Below are positions 40,592 through 49,966 of a DNA stretch of 64,000 bases, piece after piece. Source of the stretch: Vicinamibacteria bacterium (GTDB lineage: Bacteria; Acidobacteriota; Vicinamibacteria; Marinacidobacterales; Marinacidobacteraceae); the NCBI GenBank assembly GCA_963422395.1, contig OY729431.1:1280001-1344000 (forward strand), given 5' to 3'. Each line of letters opens with the position of its first letter. The first letter of the stretch is position 1. The notes under the pieces are model-generated. The model had not been told where the DNA came from. It did no database searches and was given only the letters and a program-made list of their open reading frames with translations. The translations under genes and the position numbers were made by a program.

Positions 40592-40683
40592 GGGCTGCGC
40601 TCGCCAGGCGTGGGCGGGTCCGGCCCGAACACGCGGGAAACGCGGCGGTCCCGCGGGCCCGGGGGTGCGGTAGGCTGCGAGAC

Positions 40684-41832
40684 ATGGGAGCGGAGCGATT
40701 GAATCCCTTCCGGCCGGGGCGGGGGGTGGCCCCACCGGTGATCGGCGGGAGGAAAGCCGAACTCGGAGTGCTGAAGGAGCGCCTGGACCAGTTGGAGAGC
40801 GGGCGAATGCCGTCGCAGGATGTGCTTCTCTACGGACCGAGAGGCAACGGGAAGACGACGCTTCTGATCGAGACCAGGCGGCGCGCCGAGAAGCGAGGTC
40901 TGCGGGTCGAGGGGTTCCCGGTGGACGCCCTCGTCTCTCGAAGCGCGTTGATCCTCGAGCTGCAGGAGCGGGCCGGACTCGTCCGAGATCGCGTGAGCGG
41001 CGTCCAGGTCGGGCCGCTCGGCGGCGCCGTGGATCGGGCGCCGCCAACCGAGAATGCGCACGAGCTGCTGGCGGGCTGGATCCAGCGTACCGATGAGCCT
41101 TTGGTGATCGTCGTCGATGAGGTGCAGGCGCTGGTCCCCGAGGTGGGGCGGCCGCTCTTCGACGCGATCCAGGCGGCGAAAGCGAGATCACATCCCTTTC
41201 TCGTGATTTGCGCCGGGACTCCCGACGCTCCCCGCCGATTGCGCCGGGCGGCGACGCACAACGAACGCGGCTTCGAGCGGATCCGGATCGGACGGCTGGA
41301 GCGCCGGGAAGCAACGGTCGCTCTCTCGAAGCCGGCCGAGCAGGCAGGCCTGCCGATGGAACCCGCCGCCGCACTCTTGTTGGCGGAAGAGTCTCACGGC
41401 TATCCATACTTCTTGCAGCTTCTCGGCAGCGCCGCCTGGCGGGTTGCCGAAGCCGAGGGCGCCGAGGCGATCCGGGTGGATGCGGCTCGGCGCGGGGTGG
41501 CCGCGGCGCGCCCGGAGATCGAAGACTTCTACGCCGAGCGCCTCCGGGAGGCCGAAGAGCGGGGGACGCGCCCGGCGCTCCTTCCGCTGGCTTCGTTGTT
41601 TCGAGAGCGCAGCGGAGGGGTCGGGGACGCCGAAATCGAGGCCCTTCTGGATCGCGTGGACATTCCCGGTGACGGACACTGGATCGCACTCCGGACCTCG
41701 CTCCTGGATCTGGGAGTCCTCTGGGAAGTCTCTCCCGGGGTCTGGGAGATGGGGATCCCGAGTTTCGCGGAGCATGTGATTCGCCGGGAAACGGTCCCGC
41801 CCCTCGAGGCGAGCGCTGCGAGCGCGCCCTGA
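40684..41832 (+). CDS. AAA family ATPase (AAA_16/archaeal-ATPase-like)
   Basis: NPFRPG, Walker A GPRGNGKT, Walker B IVVDEVQ, GYPYFLQL, GIPSF. Confidence 0.87.
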   Translation: MGAERLNPFRPGRGVAPPVIGGRKAELGVLKERLDQLESGRMPSQDVLLYGPRGNGKTTLLIETRRRAEKRGLRVEGFPVDALVSRSALILELQERAGLVRDRVSGVQVGPLGGAVDRAPPTENAHELLAGWIQRTDEPLVIVVDEVQALVPEVGRPLFDAIQAAKARSHPFLVICAGTPDAPRRLRRAATHNERGFERIRIGRLERREATVALSKPAEQAGLPMEPAAALLLAEESHGYPYFLQLLGSAAWRVAEAEGAEAIRVDAARRGVAAARPEIEDFYAERLREAEERGTRPALLPLASLFRERSGGVGDAEIEALLDRVDIPGDGHWIALRTSLLDLGVLWEVSPGVWEMGIPSFAEHVIRRETVPPLEASAASAP

Positions 41833-41921
41833 CCGCCGCCCGCCGGTGGGGGGCGAGAGAGCCTCGAGGTACGGCGGGATACGCCAACTCGATCAGTGGG
41901 CCGCCGATGGCAGCGCACACG

Positions 41922-41956
41922 AAAAAAGCCCGGGCCGCTGTAAAAGCGGCCCGGGC
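41922..41956 (-). terminator. Rho-independent terminator of the TonB receptor gene
   Basis: 12-bp stem gcccgggccgct/agcggcccgggc, 5-nt loop, then U6 on the - strand. Confidence 0.85.
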
Positions 41957-41977
41957 CGAAGGTGCTTGGAGAGGTTT

Positions 41978-44900
41978 CTAGAAGCGGAAGGTTCCCCGGA
42001 GCGTCATCGTGCGGGCGTTTTGCCGACTCCGCAGCTGGAGAAAGTTCGGGCTGAAGGTTCGGTTCGCTGCGTTGTAGGTGAACTGGTTGTGATTGTGAGA
42101 ATCGAGCAAGTTGAAGAAGTTCGCCGAGATCTCGAAAGTTCCCCCGGTCGGCAGCTCGATGACCTTGCCGAGCTTGAGACCTACGGTCTGCACCGCGGGG
42201 GCCTGCACCTGGAGTTCGCTGCGGTTCGGTCCCACGATGCGGTATACGGTGGCGAGTGGGTTGCTCTGCGCCTGAGTGAGCTCGAAGTCGGAAGTTCGAG
42301 CCGGGCCGTACTGGGTGACTTGGGGATCGTCTGCACTCAGGCGTCCGATCGGGGGGCCCGACCACGGTCCGGCGTTGTTCGTGTAGCTGAGCGCCATGGT
42401 GAATTCGTATGGCAGAACATAGGTCAGACCGCCTCGGATCGAGTACTGGCGCCAAGTGGGTGCGTAGGAGAGCGCGCTGCTGTTGCGAAGCGTATTGTGC
42501 TCATTGTTCCCGCGCGGCATGTAGAGCGCCTTCCAACTCTCGAATTTCTCGGGGGAGATGAACTTGGCGGGATCGTAGGGATTCCAGTCGCCGTCATAGT
42601 GCTGCCACTGACGGTTGATGTTCAGCATCGCCTGCATGCTGCCGGTGCGCTTGGTCATGGTGACCTCGAGGGCGTTGTAGATCATCTTGTTCCAGCTGTT
42701 GTTCGTCTGCTGGAGGAAAACGCCCTGCTCGTTACTCACTCTGCCGAAGCCGACGAAGGGCTGCCCCGGGCCGTCCGGGTAGTAACCGTTGACATCGAGA
42801 AGAGCGTAGTTCTTGGTGAGCCGCCGGTGTACCCACGCGACATCCATGGCGAACTGCCCCGGGAACTGACGGCGCACGCCTCCGATGAACTCGTCCACGA
42901 ACGGCTGTTCCAGATCGGGATCGAAACGAGTCTGCGCCGGAATGCGATCCGACGGTGCGTCGTAACGGGTGTAGTCGGCGATGCCGTCGCCGTCGATGTC
43001 CCATTCGTTCAGGTCGCCGTTCGAGGCGCCGCCGCCGTAGCTGGTCACATTGTCGCGGCCATTCATCTGCTCGTGAACGCGCCCGGCGTTGCCCCGAAGG
43101 ACCGTCCGTCCGTCTTCGGTGAGCAGGTAGGCGAACCCGAAGCGCGGACCGATCGCTGCGGTGGACATGCGGTCGAACCCTTCGAGGGCGTCATGCCGTT
43201 TCACGAAGTCGGCGCGAATGCCGATGTTCAGAGTGAGGCGGTCGATCGGCTTCCACGAGTCCTGCAGATAGAAGGCGTAATCCCGGTCCTTGGCATCACG
43301 GGTCAGCAGTTCCGCAATGTCGTAACGCTGCCGAGAGAACCAGCGCGTGCCCAGCGACGGGTTGTTCACATCCAGCGGGACATGGCTTTCCGAATGCCAG
43401 CCGTCGGACTGGCTCGGCCGGGTGGTCGTGCTGGGATAGCGGCTGTCGGGGACGATGTAAGCGCCGAACTGAAACTCGTGCGAGCCCGCGAGGTCTTCCA
43501 CATAATGGGTCATGTCGCTCCTGAAAAGCAGCAACTGGGCTGGCCTCTCGGTGCCGGAGCCGGTGCCGAGCGCGGCCTGGCGCCCGGTGCCGCTCAAGGT
43601 CGAGCCGTTGTCGGTGAATCCGTCGTGGATCTCGATATACAGCGGCAGGGTTTCGAACTGCGGCTGGATCGATAGCGGCACGAAAGAGGCCTTGTCGTTG
43701 TAACTGAGAGTGAACTGCCCGGTGGTGTTCGTGCCGAAGACCGAGGTCAGTTTGCCTCCGTACAGATTCCCTCCAGTCTGCACAGTGATGCGCGGCGCCA
43801 GGTCGTATTCCCGGTTCGAGGTGTTTTCCAGAGTGTCGCGTTGGTAGTACGCCGAGATTTCGTGATTCTGGTTCAACTGCATGGTCAGCTTCGCGTACGG
43901 CTGATGACTCTGGGTGGTGTTCGGGAAAGCCTCGTAAACCGGCGTCGTACCCCGGTTTCCGAGTGGAATCCCGGAATAGCGCTGCAGCTCCGCCACATCC
44001 TGGGCGTTACGGCTGATCCGAGCGGCCAGGTCCGCGTAGCGGTAGGAAGCGAAGAACCACGCCTTGTCCTGCGCGATCGGTCCTCCAAAGGTGAGATCGA
44101 GCTGGTTCACCTTGTGGGCGGTGGGGGTGCCGGCGCCGGTAGACGGGTTGTCCGGCGGGTTGTACCAGCCGAGACTCGCGAAGTTCGACTTCTCTGACGA
44201 AAAGGGATCGAATCCGCTAGGCAGCGCGTTGTTGCCGAAAAAGCTGTCATCCCCTTCGGCGATCTCCTCGGGCCCCCACGACTGCCAGTCGTAGTTGGCC
44301 GAACCGCTGAAGTCGTTTCCACCGGACTTGGTGACCACATTGATGATGATGCCGGTTCCCATCGGGTCCTTGGCCTCGGCCCCGCCGGTCTTGACGCTGA
44401 TGTCGCCGACGATGTCCATACCCATCCCGACATAGGTCACCTGGGCATCCGTGTAGCCGGCCGCGGCCATGCCCTCGATCTGGATCACATGAGCGAAGTG
44501 TTCGGTGCCATGGCCGAAATAGACCATCCGGCCGGAGCCGTCATCGAACGGGCGGGCATTGACTCCCGGAGTCATCTCGAGGAAGTCGCTCCAGTTCCCG
44601 CGGGCCTGGATCGGGACATCGCGCTGGAAGTCGCCCTCGACATTGAGGATGTTGTTCGGACGGGAGATCTCGAGCATCGGAGTCTCCGCGGTGACCGTGA
44701 CCGTCTCCTGGACGGTGCTGATGGTCATCGTGACATCCACACCGAAGTTGGCGCCGGCGCGGAGGATGATCCCCTCCTGCCGGTAGGTGGCGAACCCGGA
44801 GAGGGCTGCTTCGAGCACATAGTCGCCTGGCGGCAGGTTCACGAGTCGGTAGTTGCCCGAGCCGTCCGAAACGGCGACGGCCGGGCTGATGAGCGCCGGG

Positions 44901-45049
44901 CTCATCGCCGTTACTGTGACGCCGGGAAGCACCGACCCGGACTCATCGATGACCGAGCCCCTAAGGCTCGAGTCACCGCCCTGTCCGAATGCGGTTCCCG
45001 AAAGCGCCAAGACTGCGATCAGAAGCAGCCCGATTCTTGGCTTTCGCAT
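41978..45049 (-). CDS. TonB-dependent receptor with N-terminal carboxypeptidase-regulatory-like domain (Oar-like)
   Basis: Signal peptide, GSVIDESGSVLPGVTVT, NVVTKSGGN, YLQDSWK, C-terminal FRF; AAGGAGG RBS. Confidence 0.92.
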   Translation of the reverse strand: MRKPRIGLLLIAVLALSGTAFGQGGDSSLRGSVIDESGSVLPGVTVTAMSPALISPAVAVSDGSGNYRLVNLPPGDYVLEAALSGFATYRQEGIILRAGANFGVDVTMTISTVQETVTVTAETPMLEISRPNNILNVEGDFQRDVPIQARGNWSDFLEMTPGVNARPFDDGSGRMVYFGHGTEHFAHVIQIEGMAAAGYTDAQVTYVGMGMDIVGDISVKTGGAEAKDPMGTGIIINVVTKSGGNDFSGSANYDWQSWGPEEIAEGDDSFFGNNALPSGFDPFSSEKSNFASLGWYNPPDNPSTGAGTPTAHKVNQLDLTFGGPIAQDKAWFFASYRYADLAARISRNAQDVAELQRYSGIPLGNRGTTPVYEAFPNTTQSHQPYAKLTMQLNQNHEISAYYQRDTLENTSNREYDLAPRITVQTGGNLYGGKLTSVFGTNTTGQFTLSYNDKASFVPLSIQPQFETLPLYIEIHDGFTDNGSTLSGTGRQAALGTGSGTERPAQLLLFRSDMTHYVEDLAGSHEFQFGAYIVPDSRYPSTTTRPSQSDGWHSESHVPLDVNNPSLGTRWFSRQRYDIAELLTRDAKDRDYAFYLQDSWKPIDRLTLNIGIRADFVKRHDALEGFDRMSTAAIGPRFGFAYLLTEDGRTVLRGNAGRVHEQMNGRDNVTSYGGGASNGDLNEWDIDGDGIADYTRYDAPSDRIPAQTRFDPDLEQPFVDEFIGGVRRQFPGQFAMDVAWVHRRLTKNYALLDVNGYYPDGPGQPFVGFGRVSNEQGVFLQQTNNSWNKMIYNALEVTMTKRTGSMQAMLNINRQWQHYDGDWNPYDPAKFISPEKFESWKALYMPRGNNEHNTLRNSSALSYAPTWRQYSIRGGLTYVLPYEFTMALSYTNNAGPWSGPPIGRLSADDPQVTQYGPARTSDFELTQAQSNPLATVYRIVGPNRSELQVQAPAVQTVGLKLGKVIELPTGGTFEISANFFNLLDSHNHNQFTYNAANRTFSPNFLQLRSRQNARTMTLRGTFRF

Positions 45050-45137
45050 GGTCCCTCCTTGTTGGGGTTCGCGATGATAGGAGCATGACTTCAGATCGGT
45101 GGACCCGATCGGAAGCAGCAGTTGAGTGAAGAAAACG

Positions 45138-45152
45138 GCAATAATCATGCCA
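45138..45152 (-). promoter_or_regulatory. Putative sigma54 (-24/-12) promoter of the TonB receptor
   Basis: TGGCATGATTATTGC, exact GG-N10-GC spacing, ~90 nt upstream of the ATG. Confidence 0.7.
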
Positions 45153-45298
45153 CAGATTGCGCGGAGTGTCCATCAGTCCATTTTCCCTGTCTTGTCTTTA
45201 TGCGACTGGGTCGCATCGAGGAAATCGGACATACGGTCTCCGGGAATTTTCGGCTCTCCTCTCCAAAGATCCGAATCGTCTTCGGCACGCCGTCAGCG

Positions 45299-47449
45299 TT
45301 AGCGGCTCGGCGGACGCAAAGCGGCGCGCAGGCTGGCGATCAGCTCCCTGACCTGCTCTTGTCCCTCGTCGAGTTCGAGGGAACTCTCGAGATGGGCGAT
45401 GGCCCGTTCGTTTTCCCCGAGCCGCACGAGCGCGAGTCCGAGGGCGTTCAGCAGTGCGGCGTCCGGTAATTCGAGCGACAGCGTTCGTTCGTAGAGTTGT
45501 ACGGCGCGGGTGGGGTTGCCGGATTCCGAGTGGGCGTCTCCGAGGAGACGGAGGATCACGACGCTCTCCGGCTGCTGGGCGAGCGCGGGTTCGAGGAGGC
45601 GTACCGCAGTGCGCGGCTCGCCGTCGTCGAGCGCGATACGCCCGAGAGCGATCCGGGGGCCGATCAGGTTGGGGTTCTGCTCGACTGCGTCTTCGAAAAG
45701 CGGACGCGCTCGCCCGAACTCCTTGAGGTTCAGCCACTGCTGGGCAAGGGTTGCCTCCACGGCGCCCGGTGACTCTGCGTCGAAGGTGTCCCTGAACGCC
45801 CATGGAAGGGCAACGCTGCGGCGGGGTATGGCGTCGAATCCGCTGACCGACCATGGGGCTCCGGCGCTGTCCATGGCCACGACTTCATAACTTCCGTTGG
45901 GAAGTCCGGCGAGGGGGAGGGAGACCGGCAGGCAATCGAAACCGCTTCCCGATTCGGAGTGGGAAATCCGTTGTCGGGCAGCCGCGAGGGCGGCCATCGC
46001 GTCGGGTATCCCGTCGAGATCGCCTTGTCCCGGAGCGTGGGCTGCGGGGCGTACCGCCACTTCGAGATCGGTCGCGTTTCGCACCGGCACGCAGAGATGC
46101 AGCGTGCCCCCGGCCGGAACTACAGGCGCTGCCTGTGGGTTGAGCCTCATTCCGGCAGGCGCCCATGTCCCATAGCCGATTTCGTTCTCCTGGCGTTCGG
46201 CCGGTTCGTGGAGGAGTACCGCCGCGCCGATCCAGGGGTCCTCTCCCTGCGCCGGGACCGAAACCGTCGACTCGAAGATCGTGTATTCGGACCGGGCGTC
46301 GTTCTTGACGATGAGTCGGAAACTCCACTCTCCTTCGATGAGCGGGAACATTCCACGGTACGCGAACGGGCGCGCCCCCACTTCGCGCAACTCGGACTGG
46401 GTCAGCGTCAGGTAAGGCGACGCCCCGAACTGGTGGATCATCTCCCCCTCGGCACCGGTCACCTCGCCCCGCACCTCGAATCGAGTGAAGTAAGTGGTCC
46501 CGCCCTCTTCACGGGCGAGGGTCATGTTCTCGGGAGCGATCTGCACCATGTAGTGGAGGAAGGCGGATCCGCGCGGGCCCGGCAAGATGCGGGCGACGCC
46601 AGAGCTGGGCACCGAGTTGAAGAGGTAGTCGGTCTCGATCATCCCGCGATTCGCCTCGGCGGCCGAGACCCAGGAAGAGTCCAGGCGCCGGTACGGGGCG
46701 CGTTCGATGTCGAACAAGACTGTCTGTGTCTCTAGGTTCGCCACATCGGGTAGCGCGAGCCCGAAGGTGACGCCCTGGTCGGCGCGCATGTTGATCGTGG
46801 CGTGAGCGAGTTGGGGGGACATCTCCTGCAAGAATTCGTAGGCCGCCCGCCGGGAGTTTTCCATGTCGAGTGCCTGCGCTGGCATGAGGTCCTCCGGAGT
46901 GTCGAGGAGATGGTTGAACAGGCGGTAGGGGCCGGCGTTGTTGTCGCGGAAGAAGAGCAGATAGATCGGAGGGAGGAACATTTCCTTCCGCTGCAGGTAG
47001 AACCACAGTTCCGAGGCGTAGAGGCCGGGGATCGCCTGGAAGGTCTCCCGGTCGTCGGGTTCTCCGAGCTTGATGTAGATACGGCCTCGGTCGGTCATCC
47101 AGCCGGGCACCGGCGACTCCCCGCCGAGTCGGAGGTTCGCGTACTCGATCCGCCGGTAGTGCTCGGTGAGAAACTCGTTTTCCGGCGTCAGCGGCTCCGG
47201 ATCGCGGCGTTGCCAGAAGGCGGCGATGAAGGCCTCGCGTTCGGCTTCCGACTGGAGGTTCTCGAGCGCGTCTTTCTCGCGGTCGCTGATGATGTAGAGG
47301 ACTTCCTCTTCGAGCCACTTCCGATGCTCGTCGGAAAGGGGCAGAGGGTCCTGAGCGGCAGCGTGAGCCGTCCCGGCAAGGAGAACGGCCAGCAAAGCGG
47401 CCGAGCGGGTGGCGATGCGGGCGGTATTCCGTGCGGATTCGTGTCTCAT
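45299..47449 (-). CDS. GWxTD domain protein with C-terminal TPR repeats
   Basis: WLEEEVLYII...FWQRRDP...EHYRRIEYAN...GWMTDRGRIYI; TPR-like C-terminus; signal peptide. Confidence 0.9.
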   Translation of the reverse strand: MRHESARNTARIATRSAALLAVLLAGTAHAAAQDPLPLSDEHRKWLEEEVLYIISDREKDALENLQSEAEREAFIAAFWQRRDPEPLTPENEFLTEHYRRIEYANLRLGGESPVPGWMTDRGRIYIKLGEPDDRETFQAIPGLYASELWFYLQRKEMFLPPIYLLFFRDNNAGPYRLFNHLLDTPEDLMPAQALDMENSRRAAYEFLQEMSPQLAHATINMRADQGVTFGLALPDVANLETQTVLFDIERAPYRRLDSSWVSAAEANRGMIETDYLFNSVPSSGVARILPGPRGSAFLHYMVQIAPENMTLAREEGGTTYFTRFEVRGEVTGAEGEMIHQFGASPYLTLTQSELREVGARPFAYRGMFPLIEGEWSFRLIVKNDARSEYTIFESTVSVPAQGEDPWIGAAVLLHEPAERQENEIGYGTWAPAGMRLNPQAAPVVPAGGTLHLCVPVRNATDLEVAVRPAAHAPGQGDLDGIPDAMAALAAARQRISHSESGSGFDCLPVSLPLAGLPNGSYEVVAMDSAGAPWSVSGFDAIPRRSVALPWAFRDTFDAESPGAVEATLAQQWLNLKEFGRARPLFEDAVEQNPNLIGPRIALGRIALDDGEPRTAVRLLEPALAQQPESVVILRLLGDAHSESGNPTRAVQLYERTLSLELPDAALLNALGLALVRLGENERAIAHLESSLELDEGQEQVRELIASLRAALRPPSR

Positions 47450-47622
47450 GGTCCCGCGCCGGTGTCGAGCATCCGGGGGGGGCCGCCGAGGCCGGGAGAT
47501 GTTTTGCGTTTCGGGGCAGTCGAGATCATCGGTTGGCCCGGCATTCTGCCCTGAAACGGGGGGCGGTACCGCAGCGTTCCGGGCGATGCCTCGGTGCGGG
47601 GGGCGGTTCGGCGGCTGCCGCA

Positions 47623-48384
47623 TCAGCCGGCTCCAGCAGGTCTGTCGGCAGACCGGGACGCCGCGGCGAGCTCTTTCCGCAGGGCGGCGGCGGCGGCCGC
47701 CACCGCTTCGGGGGTGTCGCCATCGAGGGTGATTCGGGTGCCGTTCGCTCCTGGGTAGGAGCCGATCTGCACTTCCGGGTGCGCGGCGACGAGCCGGTCG
47801 AGCAGCGGGATGAGTTCCTCCTCGGGACGGGGAATCTGTTCTTCGTCGGTGCTGTACGCCTCTCCGGCGGGGAGGCATTCGGAGACCACCTGGAGTTTTC
47901 GTTCGAAGACCGGCGGCAGGCCGGGCAGGATCCAGACATTCCGCATCACCACCACCGGCCAGCTGCCGCCGCTCCCTTCGCGCAGTTCCGCGCCCTCGGG
48001 TACCCGAGCAAGGTCGCGGTGGGCCTCTTCCACCCCGCGTTCTCGGAGCTTTGCCAGGAAATGGGGGTGATGGACCACTCGGGTCTCGAAAGCGCGGGCC
48101 ACGCCCTCCATCGTCACATCGTCGTGGGTAGCGCCGACGCCGCCGGAAGTGAACACCAGGTCGTACTCCTCGGCGAGGGTGGATAGCTCGCCCCCGATGG
48201 CCTCCGGCTCGTCCGGAATCGTCACCACCCGCTGTAGCGCCACCCCCTTTTCCCGAAGAACCCGGGCGAGGAGCCGGGTGTTCGTGTCGGCGACTTTCCC
48301 GGCGAGGATTTCGTTCCCGATGACCACGAAGGCAGCCGTGCGGCGGCGGAATTCCGGGCGTTCCGCCGCCGGCGGGCGGTTCAG
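47623..48384 (-). CDS. Molybdopterin-binding/CinA N-terminal-like protein (start uncertain)
   Basis: VIGNEILAGKVADTN, TSGGVGATHDDVT, LPGLP, IGSYP. Confidence 0.82.
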   Translation of the reverse strand: MNRPPAAERPEFRRRTAAFVVIGNEILAGKVADTNTRLLARVLREKGVALQRVVTIPDEPEAIGGELSTLAEEYDLVFTSGGVGATHDDVTMEGVARAFETRVVHHPHFLAKLRERGVEEAHRDLARVPEGAELREGSGGSWPVVVMRNVWILPGLPPVFERKLQVVSECLPAGEAYSTDEEQIPRPEEELIPLLDRLVAAHPEVQIGSYPGANGTRITLDGDTPEAVAAAAAALRKELAAASRSADRPAGAG

Positions 48385-48392
48385 GGCTCCGC

Positions 48393-49208
48393 TCAGGGCT
48401 CGCTCACCAGATAGGCGATCCAGGTCTCGTCCGCCGATCCTTCGGCTACTTCCTCGAACTCGCCGTTTCCATCGCCGTTTTCGTCGGCGCCCTCCCAGAG
48501 GACGGCGGTTTTCGTGAACCCGGCTTCGACCAGCAACTCGCGCAGCTCGGGGAGCGACCAGAACCGCCACTGATACCGGAATGCGTTCCGCAGCCGGCTG
48601 CCGTCGGGGAATTCGTAGTGGATGGCGCAGCGCATCCGGCCGCTGATCGGATCGAAAGCGACCTGGTCCCAGATGAAGTCGAAGCCGTCCTCCTCCCGAG
48701 CGTACTCCTTCTCCTCGTGACAATCGGACCCGCCGTAGGCATCGATGAAGAACAATCCATCGGGGTTCAGCGCCCGATGGACCCGCTCGAAGTAGGTCCG
48801 CATTCGGTCGCGGGTCTCGAAGATCCAGTAGCTGAAGTTCATCGCCGCCACCAGGTCCACGGGCGGCCCCGAGCAGTCGAGCACATCGCTCTCGACGAGT
48901 TCGATGCGCTTCTGCTCGGCGCGGCCTAGCGGTGCGATGTTGTGTTCGCGGCCCCAGACGAGCGGATCGGGGTCGAGGTCCACCCCGACGGCGCGGCTTT
49001 CCGGGCGTCTGGCCACGAATTCAGAGGAGAGTGCAGCAGTGCCGCAGAAGTCCTCCCGGAGAGTCAACGCCCGCCGCTTGCGCCGGCGGTGGAATTCGTC
49101 GTCGAGGAAAGCGGCGTCCGCGGGAGCGTCCTGGACCGAGTTCTGGTACAGCTGGTAACGGTCCGCCTGGCTGGCCATCGAGAGCCGCTTGCTCCTGCCA
49201 CGGCTCAT
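48393..49208 (-). CDS. Class I SAM-dependent methyltransferase
   Basis: LREDFCGTA motif I, GVDLD, AMNFS. Confidence 0.85.
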   Translation of the reverse strand: MSRGRSKRLSMASQADRYQLYQNSVQDAPADAAFLDDEFHRRRKRRALTLREDFCGTAALSSEFVARRPESRAVGVDLDPDPLVWGREHNIAPLGRAEQKRIELVESDVLDCSGPPVDLVAAMNFSYWIFETRDRMRTYFERVHRALNPDGLFFIDAYGGSDCHEEKEYAREEDGFDFIWDQVAFDPISGRMRCAIHYEFPDGSRLRNAFRYQWRFWSLPELRELLVEAGFTKTAVLWEGADENGDGNGEFEEVAEGSADETWIAYLVSEP

Positions 49209-49272
49209 GCCGCGTCGCCGCTCCCGATCCAGATTGCGCCGATCGGTGTCACGGCGCCCTCGCGGGGTTCCC

Positions 49273-49680
49273 TCAGTGGAGCGTGACCGGCGGGCTCAGC
49301 GTGAACTGGGCGATCTCCACCTCGAAGCGCTCGCCGCCGGGGACCTCCATGAGGTAGGAGCCGCGCATCGAGCCGAAGGGCGCGCGCAGCGGGCACCATG
49401 AGGTGTACCGAAACGACTCGCCGGGGACCAGGTAGGGGCGCGAGCCCACGACCCCCCTGCCGCGGACTTCTTCGACCTGGCTTTCGCCGTGTTCGATGAT
49501 CCAGTGGCGGCTCAGCAGCCGGACCAGATCCTTCGACTCGTTCGTGATGGCGATCTCGTACTGAAACAGCCAGGCAGGGGGCGGTTCCCGCCGCTCGTCG
49601 GCGAAACGCGCCTCGACATCCACCCGGATTCCATGAGTCTTCGCGGAAGAGGTGAAGGTGTCCTGACGCACGGATTCCAT
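49273..49680 (-). CDS. apaG: ApaG
   Basis: FQYEIAITN, LLSRHWII, VRGRGVVG, GSMRGSY. Confidence 0.93.
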   Translation of the reverse strand: MESVRQDTFTSSAKTHGIRVDVEARFADERREPPPAWLFQYEIAITNESKDLVRLLSRHWIIEHGESQVEEVRGRGVVGSRPYLVPGESFRYTSWCPLRAPFGSMRGSYLMEVPGGERFEVEIAQFTLSPPVTLH

Positions 49681-49693
49681 CGTAGCACGGTGT

Positions 49694-49868
49694 CGGGCTG
49701 AGCGGTCCGGGGGCGGGGCGGGTGTCGTGCCGCGTCTCGTGTCCTGATGGGAGGGGAGGGATGCCCCGCTTCCGAGCCGCAGCCTCGGGCGCAACAGGTG
49801 TTTTTTCAGGCCCCGGCCAGAGTTCGAGGCGATCGGGAGGCGGCGAGTGCGATTCCGAGTCACCGTTG
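49694..49868 (-). repeat. Family B repeat, reverse orientation, directly upstream of apaG
   Basis: cgggctgagcggtccgggggcggggcg terminus; ccgagccgcagcctcgggcgcaacaggtgtttttt. Confidence 0.8.
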
Positions 49869-49877
49869 GGGAGTTAG

Positions 49878-49896
49878 CAGCCTGTGGATGAAGTCA
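49878..49896. mobile_element. Solo family A end
   Basis: TTAG then CAGCCTGTGGATGAAGTC; partner end not found. Confidence 0.6.
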
Positions 49897-49966
49897 TGTG
49901 GTCTTCGCTCTGGAACCGCAATCCCGCGGCACGCCGTTCCTCGTCGGATTCGGTAGGGTTTGCGGC

